Shown here one piece after another: positions 52,540-64,000 of a stretch of DNA of 64,000 bases (position 1 is the first letter of the stretch; the number at the start of each line of letters is the position of its first letter). Below the pieces are notes generated by a model that was given only the letters and a program-made list of their open reading frames with translations, made no database searches and was not told where the DNA came from. Origin of the DNA: Eledone cirrhosa (taxonomy: Eukaryota). Made by a program: the position numbers and the translations under genes. The stretch is from positions 55,552,001 through 55,616,000 of the forward strand of contig OZ024742.1 in the NCBI GenBank assembly GCA_964016885.1. Direction: 5' to 3'.

Positions 52540-52830
52540 AAGTATTGCTGGCTTTAATTGGGGTACCAATCTTATTAAATACCATAGACTTTCTTCTGAT
52601 ATTCTGAGGACAGTTAGAACAGATTTGAGTAAAATCAACAGAATTTTCTCATCAATCATTGAATCTTGATCTGTTGAAGCCTACTTCTACCCTCACAACT
52701 CTAAAAAGATAAGAATATATATTCGAAAATATTTCTTGAGAAAATTCTCATGTGTTTTAACTGCCCACAGAATATGGGAGAAAAAGTGTTGGATATTTGA
52801 TAAGATTGACACACATCCAAACCAGTAATA
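52540..52830 (-). mobile_element. Possible very old PLE GIY-YIG remnant
   Basis: Minus strand gives ..HENF.. and LRISEESL..I..P.L, similar to PLE endonuclease C-termini; weak. Confidence 0.3.
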
Positions 52831-52994
52831 TTTTATAAATATTAAATTGCTTTAATATAATTGTTATCAAAATATTTATTCTACCGGGATAAAGACAAAC
52901 ACATCTTCTCTAAACATACTTCAGTGATTTTACACTTTTGCGCTTTATCTATAATCACAGATTTGTATGGAAGTTTGACACCTTTTTTCAATTA

Positions 52995-53037
<43 letters not shown>

Positions 53038-53395
53038 ATATATATATATATATATGTGTGTGTCTCCGTGTGTGAAAATATATACATATTCTATACACAG
53101 AGATGTTGTTCTTGGACAAACGGTGTAGAACTGTTGCAAATTGGACACGACAAAATGCATTGTCTATTTTCAGGAACTTGATTTTCAAGAAAAAGCACAT
53201 AAAAGTCATTACGGCAATTTCCTTCTTCCTCCAAAATGGAATATGCTTAAATTTACATGTGAAAGAACCACGAAGAAGCTAACATAACATGACAACATTT
53301 CGAAAATATGACATAACTAATTCCATTTCGTTTATTGTGTATTACAAATGTGATCTGTTCTGAAATATAATGTACGAAAGAAAAAAGAACATCTT

Positions 53396-53575
53396 TTGGC
53401 AGTATCTGTAGAGGGTCGGACGCCATGCTTTGCAGCAAAGAGTTACGGCCCTTTATGGTTTGCGTTCAAATCCCGCCCAGGTTAACTTTGCCTTTCATCC
53501 TTACGGGGTCGATAAAATAAAGTACCAGTAATACACTGGGATAATTGCTGGCCTTGTGCCAAAATTAGAAACAAT
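53396..53575 (+). mobile_element. tRNA-derived SINE
   Basis: Family head, B box GTTCAAATCC, body and TAGAAAC end abutting (TA)n. Confidence 0.9.
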
Positions 53576-54124
53576 TATATATATATATATATATATATAT
53601 CAGTAAACCAAAAGTTTGATAAAGTCAAATGTCAGAGAAAATAGGAAATAACTGGGTAAAATTCTAGAGGAAAACAGGGTTTAATGGAAAACAGTTTTAA
53701 AATGTTACTGTAGAGCATGAAGAAATAAAAAGCGTCATATTTAATGTTCTACTCGATTTTACTTTACCTGGATTTTCAGATGCTTTTCAGATTTTCAGAT
53801 GTGTGCAATGCGAGTGGCCGATTTTGACTCAGTTAGGCTGGTATTAGACGTAATCATTGAAGCCATATACAAAATGTTGACAATTACGATCTAATTAGCA
53901 TTTCCACCTGTCGAAACAGTTGAAAACAATGAGTCTCGGCCGTTGGACTCTAACGTGATTTGAAAACTCACCAAAGCAAAACTGGGAATCAAGTGGAGGT
54001 AATGTTCATCACTGCAGTATATGCAGAAAGGAATGTAAATCTTTTAACAGAGTTAAAGGATCATGTTCACGCCACTCGTGTGTATGAGAGCAAGTGGTGG
54101 CAATTCTTGAAACCGAGATGCAGA

Positions 54125-54169
<45 letters not shown>

Positions 54170-57100
54170 ATAACATGGTATCGTTTAAGGTAATCCAGTT
54201 AGATGTGGTGATTACTCTTACATATATATATAAGATTACTCTTATATATATATAAAAAAACGATTTTTTTAAAGAGTGAGAATATCTTATAAAAGAAAGT
54301 TAGAATATAAAATATGGTTTACTATTTTATTCTGCGAGTTTACAAACGAAATTTTAAGAACGACTACAATAACAGTAAAAATAAAAGATTATTGAACACT
54401 AGCGTAACATTCCATATTTAGGTAGACATTAAATACTCTGCTTATACAATTTACAGCAATAGCAAACGTAATTATTACCTCGCCCGCACACATAAACACA
54501 CAAACACATACACACACAAACACAGAGATACGCCTGCACACAGACACCCACATGCACACACTCTCTCTCTCACATACTCATATATATATATACATATATG
54601 TGTGTGTGTCTCTGTGTCTATGTGTGTGTGAGAGAGAGAGTGTGTGTATGTGTGTGTAGGTACATGTATTATGGTGAGCTTATGCTGGGAAAACGAATAG
54701 TAAGCCGAATATAAATACAAGGAGTCTCTAAAACCAAATTTGAAATGTCTTAAATTAAGTTACAAATGTTTTGAATCACTTTCGAGAAGCATGGTGAGCT
54801 ACGTTTTGAGGTGGTATGACAAAATTGTTATCTTGACAGAATTAAGCTTGCTGAAACGTTTGTAAAAGTGAGATAAAATAGCTCTATTGTAGGGAGTCAT
54901 TCTGATTCTTCCTCTAAAAATGCCTTATACGCAACAGTATTCATATCTCATGCAAGTCTGAGATCGCATCAGTGCACCCGTATGAGGAAGGCACTCATGA
55001 ATTATCGTAACTTCCCGGATGATTAGTTTCAATTTCATGTTTATCAGAAAGCCTGCAATTCACGTGGAGTATTGAAGCAGCACTTGAACAATTATAATAA
55101 ACAAGCGGAAAATGGAATCAATTCTGAAATGAGGCATTGGTGTAATATTATCTGTTAGCTCTGTCTTCCAAATCTTTCCCTCGAATGGCATTACTCACAT
55201 TCTTGCACAAGGAACTGAATCACTCTATAAAATGACCAATACAATTACAATTACTCCTGATCGCTCATCTCAATTATTTGACACCTCTACAGGCGTTTTG
55301 CAATATGTAACTCTTATAGCATTTGATTAAACATCCCACTAGACTATGTTCTTAGAATCTCTCTTGACATCATCAAGGAGAAATGCATCACCTTCAAACC
55401 TCGGCTGTGCTTAGGATATCTCTCGAAACATCTTCCAAGTCTTGACATTGCAGATTATATAGATCTTATATCAGACATCATGGAGAATAGCCAATAGATT
55501 CACAATATTTGCTAGAAACCAGCAGAATATCACAAAGCAGGAAAGAAAAATATATTACAGAGGCAAGGCTAGACACTTTAAACAGTGGAAATACTAAATA
55601 TCTCATAACACAATTATTCCATCTTATTTATGTGGTTAGATCGTGATCCTCTATTATTAGCATGATTCAATAAGGAAGAGGTGTATTTAATGGAGGGTAA
55701 GTTGGGAACATTGTGAATATATTTAGGGATAATATAACCGTAATTAGAATGTTCTTTCATCATAGAAATTCATTGATTCACTATATATTCACCAAATATA
55801 TTTCTTGTCACTATTCATTTTGTAATCAAAATGATTTGTATAGATATTGCATATGAAACGTACAATTACATTAAAGGTTAATGCTTGCGACTTAGAATTC
55901 ACTCATATTTATGCGGAGGATTCAATCGATTCCAATCAAATATATTAAGTTCGATACATTTATATTTTTTATTAATGCAACTATCAGTAAATTGCTTTGG
56001 TGTTGTCAACACTCTGAGATTATATAGATTCAAGCCCCCGAAGGGAATCAGAGACTGGAATGTTTGTAAACAGCGTCTAATTAAATAAATGCCAAAACTA
56101 ACATAGGATGTTATATTGTATAGATTTTGTAATATAGTATAACATGACCATGTTTTCTGTTTAATTTGTAATATACAACCAAATAAACTTTTTTGTGTAT
56201 ATTTGTGATGAAATTAAAGAAGAGACGCGTGGTTTATCCTCAAGGTTACGTCTAATATATTGTATAGAAATAGTACATTCTCAACGTGGTAAATTGTATA
56301 ATAAATTAGTGTAGGTGTAACAGCAGAGTAATATTTGGAATAGCATTTATTGATATATATATATATTACAAGTTAATTTGGTTAGTCAGCCCTCACTTCA
56401 ACATCGACAAGATTTTGGCTAAATAGCTGCTCCTAAAACATGTAGCTGTGGTAGTTTCCATTCAAATATTTACCCATTATATATTTCAACATACTTAAAG
56501 ATTAAGATATTTATGAGAAAATGCTATTTGAGAATCAACAGTCGTACACATCATTTCTCCACCTATTTCAAATGAATTATCAACTGGATTTAAATATCAA
56601 GACTCGTGGAACGTTGCATTCTATGAAATCGTTCTGATATCCCACTAATATGAAAATACTTATTCAATTAACACATGCATCATTTCTCACTAACATAAAT
56701 ACCTATTGATCAATGTAAACTCTTTGTTGGCAGTATTTTATCTCAAATAAAATTAATACTTGATGTTAGCACAGAAAGGACAGAAACGTGTTATAAAATG
56801 CATCAGCTAACGACCATTCTCTGCTATAGCGGCTATTGCACTTTTAAAATCAATGTATACCTCGCACATTTATTCGTGCTGTTTGCTGTTCGTAGATAAG
56901 GTTGATAACAGATGTAGTATTTTATTTTTGACTAGTCATTTTTAAAGTAAAACATTGAATTCATCGTGGAAACATGTATAACAAAGCCGATAGAGTGTAG
57001 CCTGCAGATGTCGTAACTCTATGTTTTACAATATATTTGCAAGATTAATACTCACTATTTCATGTCATGGAACGTTTCACTGAAGCGAACATCACAAGAT

Positions 57101-57942
57101 ATCAATATTCGCCTGAAAAATATGATTTATGTTATGAATATTTTAAATCTATACTTAAGAACTATTCCTTTTTGTGAGAGCATGTGTATATCTTCGATCG
57201 ATAGTCAACACTATAAATATTACTAGATACCTTTCTGAGAGCCAAAGTAAAAACATATATTTAGTATTTTTCGTCGGCAGTGTGAAAATATGTAGTAGAA
57301 AAATAACACACTCCTGTCTTTTGTACCATAGTCCCATCTGTAGAAATGATAAAATATGCAGTTGGTGTGAAAAGAGAGGCTGAAACGTTTGCCCTCTCAC
57401 TCCACTCTATCTCTCTACTCCACAATTTCCCTTCCCTCTCACTCTCTTTTTCTCTGCTTTTAATTTTGTCTCTCATATGTAAAAATTCCTCAACTTAGAA
57501 TAATATAAGTATAGTAAAACGATTATCGGATGGAGCGAGTATATCGGCGAAAATAGTATTGTTTACTAAAGTACGTTTGTAAAATGATCGCTTCCTCTTA
57601 CACTGTATGTATATTTTCTAGTTCTACCTTATATTGAATAATTATAGAATCATAATCAATATGGATAACGATTTCAGCTCCTCCAAAGGTAGTCTTGTCA
57701 AATTGATTGAATACGTCCAGTGTCACTACTCTTCATTTTCTTTTAGGTAATTAGAGAAACGAAGATTAAGGAAAGAGATTTCATTTCCGGAGCTGTCATT
57801 TAGATTGATGAACTGAATGGCTGTGTACATATTGACAGTGGAAATATTTCGAAGGCGTACAATACCGAGGAGTAAAGATTAGTGAAATCGTGATCTATGG
57901 GCCCTAGAACGGGAGACGAAAGTGGAAGGGAATACGGAATAA

Positions 57943-57943
<1 letters not shown>

Positions 57944-58039
<96 letters not shown>

Positions 58040-58076
58040 GTGTGTGTGTGTGTGTACGTATGCATACTTGCATATA

Positions 58077-58123
<47 letters not shown>
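57944..58123. repeat. (TG)n plus (TA)n microsatellite
   Basis: Seen directly. Confidence 0.95.
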
Positions 58124-58126
<3 letters not shown>

Positions 58127-58331
58127 AAAAGAATCAGAATCTCGACGGCCGAGCTCAAGCCGCCGTTTCGACAGCTATTTCTGGACTCAGAAGTCAAGAA
58201 ATAGCTGTCGAAACGGGTTGATCTCTGCCGTTGGGGTTCTGACTCCTTTACTATTACCCACTCTACTACCCAAAGTATCGAGTACTCTGGTGCGTTATGG
58301 TCCACCTGGATCCATACCCCACTTCCTTCGT
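58124..58331 (+). mobile_element. HHR family A 3' fragment preceded by an inverted copy of itself
   Basis: 58191-58331 is the reverse complement of 41200-41337; 58124-58187 is an inverted copy (CGTTTCGACAGCTATTTCT / AGAAATAGCTGTCGAAACG). Confidence 0.85.
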
Positions 58332-58443
58332 TATATATATATATATATATATATGTAGGAGGTGAGTTTTATTGTAGCACAATAAAGCAATGCAAATACC
58401 GGATAAGTAGCATTTAACTGTTTATATGACTGGAGTATAAATA

Positions 58444-58864
58444 ATATGAAATCAAAAGATGGTTAAAAGAGTTCCACGTATTTTATTATGCGCATTTCAA
58501 AAACAAATAACATCATGGGATGATATTTGCCTTCTCATCAGATAAAATAGGGAGACATGATATGAAGCTTAAAAAACACTTGCGTGCAGTGAAGTGTTAA
58601 ATCAACATACGAAAAATAAAATAATATATTTTATATTTCATATGTTGATTTAACACTTCACTGCTCGCAAGTGTTATAATAATATGTTTTATTTTTCATA
58701 TGTTGATTTAACACTTCACTGCCTGCAAGTGTTTTTTAAGCTTCATATCATGTCTCCCTATTTTATCTGATGAGAACGCAAATATCATCCCATGATGATA
58801 TTTGTTTTTGAAATGCGCATAATAAAATACATGGAACTCTTTTAACCATCTTTTGATTTTATAT
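58444..58864. repeat. ~420-bp palindrome with a complete hammerhead in each arm
   Basis: Arms are near-perfect reverse complements, with an extra ~45-bp internal duplication near 58635-58676. Confidence 0.92.
58759..58829 (+). ncRNA. Type I hammerhead ribozyme (mirror copy at 58479-58549 on -)
   Basis: Stem I TATTTTAT/ATAAAATA, CTGATGA, long stem II CAAATATCATC/GATGATATTTG, GAAA-T-GCGC-ATA. Confidence 0.85.
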
Positions 58865-58893
58865 TATATATATATATATAGGAAAAAGTCAAG

Positions 58894-58988
58894 ACCCCGA
58901 CGGCTGCGCTCCGGCGTTTCGACAGCTAGATCCGAACTAACCCAGCAGTATTAGGACGGCAAGGACCTAGCTGAACTCATCAAGGGGT
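58894..58988 (-). ncRNA. Type I hammerhead, family A, best-preserved copy
   Basis: Minus strand: ACCCC-TTGATGA-stem II CAGCTAGGTCC/GGATCTAGCTG-GAAAC-G..C-GTC-GGGGT. Confidence 0.82.
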
Positions 58989-59134
58989 ACAGTCCACATA
59001 TGGACATGCATTCAATACAAAATAGCAGAAGTATCAAATCAAACAATCCTAAAAATGGTTAGATTCCTTCATTGTTTCCCGATGATTTCTCCCGAATGAA
59101 TCAGTTCTAGATCTGTAGAAGCCTTTTCTATATT

Positions 59135-59935
59135 ATCTATATATATAAATCTGAGGATGTGTGTGTTAAGGTTTGTAACGAATTAACGTTCACAATTTCC
59201 AACGGTTTCTATTCAAAGTCGGGACAATTATTGCTTTTGGTCAGGAAAAGGTGACGAAGCAAAAACATTTCAAATCCATCAACAATAAGGGCAAACATCG
59301 ATCATGATCATTCCCCTCTCTATAATTTAACTGCTTTACTCTCTCTGTCTCTCTTCACTCCCTATATGACAACACTGCAGTGGAGCCTTCCGTATTGAGC
59401 GTTCCGTATTGACATAGGGATTATCTGGGGCATTTTCAATCGGCTTCTGGCAAATAACAACCCGCAAAATAACACTTCATATAACAGATTAATTATATAG
59501 ACATATGAATCGGAATGTAGCCCGTGAACTTTTTCCTGGGCAAAATTATTCTAACAGACATGACCTCATTGCCAGAGTGTTCAGACTCAAACTGGCTAAA
59601 CTCTTTTGGAAGACGATTCGCAGTGGGATTCCACTTTAGCGGAGGGTGCTTTGTTGAAATCACCTAAAGGTCTACGGGAATTATTTGCCATTTTGCTTCA
59701 AAAGTGTAAATTGGGTGGTCCCAAATCTTTATGGGTCAAGTACAGAGACTTCATGTCTGAGGACTTCCTGCGCCTGGCTCATCTGCAGTATACTTCAGTG
59801 GAAGTTGGTTACTGCGACATTATCTACAATAGAGCACTCATTGATATCGAGGACGCCCTCCTTGACATGGCTGGGAGTGAGCTGGCGACATATGGCTTGC
59901 CGTCAACCGTCAGAGAGGAAGCTAACGCGCTATGA
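59135..59935 (+). mobile_element. Internally deleted Helitron (RepHel remnants)
   Basis: 5' TCTATATATATAAA; NRHDLIARVFRLKL Rep motif near 59550-59600 joined to LEDDSQWDSTLAEG..LRELFAILL..C..P..LW..MSED..YNRALIDIE..YGLP (Rep-helicase linker). Confidence 0.82.
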
Positions 59936-59959
59936 AAACATTTACACAGACGAGAAAAC

Positions 59960-62823
59960 TATATATTCTCGGGTGTTTTCAAGTCCAGCGGTTGCAAGCT
60001 CTTACTGGACCCAACCGTCCTGATAAATATGATATCACGATGGGGTCGAGTGACTCGGCGCATAACCGACCTTGTTGGATTATACCTCCTACACAAGCTC
60101 AGGGACGAGATCCCTGTACTACAAGGAGGTGTATATAAGGACGACGCCCTATTTACTGTAAGGAACCACAGCCCACGCAGGTTAAAAAACCTCAATAAGC
60201 ATATACATAAGTTCTTTAAAACGTACGCCCTCTCAGTTACAATAGACCTCAACCATAAAATAGTTAACATCCTGGATGTAACGTTAGAATTAGATACTGG
60301 CTGATACAGACCGTACCACAAGCCAGGTGAGGTCTTGTCTTACATCAACAAAGCATCTAATCACCCCAAATCTACAGTTAACTCTATAGTGAGTAGCATC
60401 TCACATAGAACCTCGATATTGTCGGCCAATGAGGACCTCTTCGACCAAACCACCGACTACTACAACAAGGTACTGGCCGAATCAGGTTATAACAGCAGGA
60501 TTTCGTACATCCATGACGCAGGCTCTACTAAGCCGCCCACTTCCCATAGGACCAGTGTAATAGAGTGCCGCACCAATAACCACCGCGGCAGTGGGCTTAC
60601 AAACGGCAAACATACGGGTCGAACTAGTAATGCTACTAGCTCTGGCCGGCATCATAACAACAAGAGTGGTGGGCTAGGGGAACCCCCACACCTTACCAAC
60701 TTAGTTCGGGAAATGGAATTAACAGCAACCAACTAGAACAATTCCCCGCATACAGGCTTAATAATGGTGACGGTATCTTACCTACACCAACCGGAAAGCA
60801 TAGGGTAACCCGGAGCCTCCCAGCAGGGAGTGGGTTGGCACATGGGCATAATATTCTCAGAGCACACAATAGGCAGCAGCCCAACCGCCTTGGTAGAAAC
60901 ACCCACCAGGGCTTAAACGTCCGCACCAACCCAGCGGCGACACGGAAACGCAGGCGTAATGTCATATGGTTCCTTTTCCCCTACTCTAGGAGAGTAGTCT
61001 CTAACATACCCAGAAACTTATTCGGCGCCTTAGAGAGGAACTCCCACCTAGCCACAGGTTCCCCAAGATCCTCAACAAGAATAACGTCAAGATATCTTAT
61101 TCTACTACCCCTAATTTAACTGACCTCATTGCACTAAGCAACCACAGTAAGCTTACTAGAATAAAACCAGCCTGTAATGCCAGCATTGGTGAATATGGTT
61201 ACCTGGTTAACCTTAACAATTCCGTTGCCCAGAATAGTAGCAGTAATAGTAAATAGGACCGTAATCATAGTATTAGCAGAAACGTCTACAATAGCAACAC
61301 CATAGAAACTAACCGCAGCACCAGTAGAGAGGCCGACGACCAGGTTAGATACCATAGCAGCGATAACAACGGCTGTAGAAGGCGCTGTAATACGAGTAAT
61401 AGAAATAGCACCATGTCGTAGGACTATAACTACAATAATGCCGACCGCAATAATGATACCAATAGTGATGGTGAAAATGATAGTAATAGGGTTAGCAGCA
61501 GTCCTCACCAGTTTAGAAATAACAACAAAAAAGACTTCAAATGCCGAAACCCTAACAAATCTTCGCTCCAAGGCTTGATTAGAAACGTAATCTATAAATG
61601 CACAGTTACGAGTTATAATAGTGCTAGGTCATACATAGGCGCCATATCTGGGGAGTTCAAGACTAGATTTAGAGCGCATTTAGGAAAATAAGATCCCCTA
61701 CCTCCCTCGCTAATTATTACTCAATTAACCGACTCACATTTAGCTACACCACGCAATTGGAAATTGTGAACCAGGCAACGCCGTTTAATTTCAGGAAGAG
61801 TTGCCGGCTCTGCTAAATGGAGCTATACTATATAGTACAAGCACCCCAGTAACTCATTAATAGTCGGGCCGAAACAGTCATCAATTGCGGCCAACGACTG
61901 CAACAATCCTTCTCAGATGGACCCCTGAACCTGAATAACTTCGTATCCTTACAGCTCTCTGCACTGCACCCTGGCCTGACCCACCCGCAGTAGGTTTACC
62001 AATGTACAGCGTCTAATAACACCATCAACCACCCATCGGTTTCCCACCGGGACGCCGTGCAGCACCTACTGAGTTGGGCTCACATTGCTATACTCATCCT
62101 CTTGGCTGGGCTTGGTTAAAATAATCTTATGAACCTACTGCCTGAATCTGAATAACATCATAGATTAATTAAACGTATGAACATAGAATTTGGACCTGAA
62201 TGGCATCATACCTCCAAAACCTTCAGCATCACACCCCAACGCACCCTCCCCCTGCATTGGATATACCAGTGTGCAATGTTTAATGACCCTATCAACCGTC
62301 TATTGTCCCCCCCCCCCAAGAAAAAAAAACACTGCATGATTTAGACCCACCCTGCTAATGTTAAAAAAAAATGTTTCCGTAGCTGGGGTTGGTCAAAATT
62401 AGCCGACTGCCATCCAGCATGCGTCGGGTAATTACCTCCCTTAGCGTGGTATGTCCCTTTCACCGGCGATATCGTGTTTACTATTTTTAACAGAATACAT
62501 GAGGACGTCAAGTTGTGATAATCTCTAAACGGTAATTATAATTACAGCCCTAACTATTGGAATTTCTGCCTCCGATGAGCCCTTCTGCGCGAAGCACGTG
62601 TAAGAGCTAAATAAAGAAATGTTTTAACGGTTTGTAACTATTTCATTCACTCAATCATTTGCTTATTCCAGCTCTGCTTAAACCTTACGCTAAAATATTA
62701 ACCTTCTCTAATATTTAACCCTGTTAACCCAAGCATCGAGCACACTACTATTGGCATTTAGTATTCTGTATCGCACCTCTTTGTATCTCTCCACTTCATC
62801 CACTCCTACGATACTTTAACCCT
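59960..62823 (+). mobile_element. Penelope-like element (tentatively Naiad-type), decayed RT, Asn-rich linker, GIY-YIG and long 3' region
   Basis: YDITMGS.DSA, DLVGLYLL, VYKDD, VNILDVTL, YRPYHKP, YINKASNHP, RNVIWF, NVIYKC..YIG..FKTRF; ends at (TA)n. Confidence 0.85.
62567..62607 (+). ncRNA. Decayed minimal hammerhead in the PLE 3' pLTR
   Basis: CT-CCGATGA-GCCCTTCTGCGC-GAAGC-ACGT-GTA-AGAG, two changes from the canonical core. Confidence 0.55.
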
Positions 62824-63013
62824 ATATATATATATATATATATTTATGCGCGCGTGTGTGTGAGTGTGTTTATATATATATATATATAAGTTGAAAAAAA
62901 TGAAAACGAAATTTCATTTCTCACTCTTAGTATGGCACTTACTTAAATGGCACTTACTAAACTGATGCGTGCATATATGTATGTGTACCTGTATGCATAT
63001 GTGTATATATATG

Positions 63014-63071
<58 letters not shown>

Positions 63072-63306
63072 TGCTACTGTACGTCTGTATACATATATGT
63101 ATGTACGTATACATACATACTTACATTTAAGTAAGTGCCATACTAAGAGTGAGAAATGAAATTTCGTTTTCATTTTTTTCAACTTATCGTTTTCGGTATG
63201 CCTGACCGATTTAACTCACTCAATATGCAAATTAGGCTGCTCAGCCGTTAATTTTCATAAGGAAAGTATATACTTTCGAACGTTCAACTATCTGGCAGAT
63301 GGGTAA

Positions 63307-63349
63307 ACGGTGCTGATGATAGCTAACAAGCTTGAAACTAGTACATCGT
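63307..63349 (+). ncRNA. Minimal type I hammerhead ribozyme, canonical core
   Basis: ACGGTG-CTGATGA-TAGC-TAACAA-GCTT-GAAAC-TA-GTA-CATCGT; stem I ACGGTG/CATCGT, palindromic stem III ACTAGT. Confidence 0.9.
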
Positions 63350-63512
63350 TCCTGTGTCAGTGTTGAACAAAAAGGTGACGTGGTTGCCTTAACACCGTAT
63401 GGCATAAATTCAGGCTGTTCGCTTTGTTGACAAACAAACGAACAAAGCGGCCGGCGTTATAATAAACGTCGGCTAAACTGATGCGTGCATATATGTATGT
63501 GTACCTGTATGC

Positions 63513-63559
<47 letters not shown>

Positions 63560-63798
63560 TGCTACTGTACGTCTGTATACATATATGTATGTACGTATAC
63601 ATACATACTTACATTTAAGTAAGTGCCATACTAAGAGTGAGAAATGAAATTTCGTTTTCATTTTTTTCAAATTATCGTTTTCGGTATGCCTGACCGATTT
63701 AACTCACTCAATATGCAAATTAGGCTGCTCAGCCGTTAATTTTCATAAGGAAGGAAAGTATATACTTTCGAACGTTCAACTATCTGGCAGATGGGTAA

Positions 63799-63841
63799 AC
63801 GGTGCTGATGATAGCTAACAAGCTTGAAACTAGTACATCGT
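63799..63841 (+). ncRNA. Minimal type I hammerhead ribozyme, second unit
   Basis: Identical to 63307-63349. Confidence 0.9.
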
Positions 63842-64000
63842 TCCTGTGTCAGTGTTGAACAAAAAGGTGACGTGGTTGCCTTAACACCGTATGGCATAAA
63901 TTCAGGCTGTTCGCTTTGTTGACAAACAAACGAACAAAGCGGCCGGCGTTATAATAAACGTCGGCTAAACTGATGCGTGCATATATGTATGTGTACCTGT

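Larger units (their letters stand above)
62888..64000 (+). mobile_element. Retrozyme-like tandem array, ~490-bp unit, with an inverted 5' segment; runs off the window
   Basis: Near-identical units with HHRs 492 bp apart; 62888-62949 is the reverse complement of 63123-63185. Confidence 0.88.

Noticed and set aside
50620-57100. Scattered mariner C-terminal-like words (50640-50820, 56800-57020) and coding-like sequence at 54750-55620
   Set aside because: Interrupted in all frames and not assignable by eye.

Overview
This is AT-rich, microsatellite-dense animal genomic DNA. The SINE and repeat content look octopod (cephalopod), which is an inference. No host exon, rRNA or genuine tRNA gene is recognisable. 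Two systems dominate. (1) A ~24-kb array (17085-41176) in which every (AAT)n tract separates non-LTR retrotransposons of two unrelated clades: five R4/Dong-type copies (RT plus restriction-like endonuclease), all on +, and three L1/Tx1-type copies (APE plus RT), all on -. One Tx1 copy keeps an intact 1139-aa ORF2. The two full-length Tx1 copies share ORF2 but have very different ORF1 and 5'UTR. A ~2.15-kb direct repeat flanks one Tx1 copy, and both repeat copies carry the same K>N change in the endonuclease motif. (2) A Penelope-like element (PLE) and hammerhead ribozyme (HHR) landscape in (TA)n tracts: four decayed PLEs from about three lineages, plus several unrelated non-coding families carrying type I HHR cores. 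These occur as ~490-bp and ~540-bp tandem arrays (retrozyme-like) or as head-to-head palindromes. Also present are several copies of a tRNA-derived SINE (three with clear TSDs), an RTE 3' fragment and an internally deleted Helitron. All comparisons were made by eye, so coordinates may be off by a few bases.
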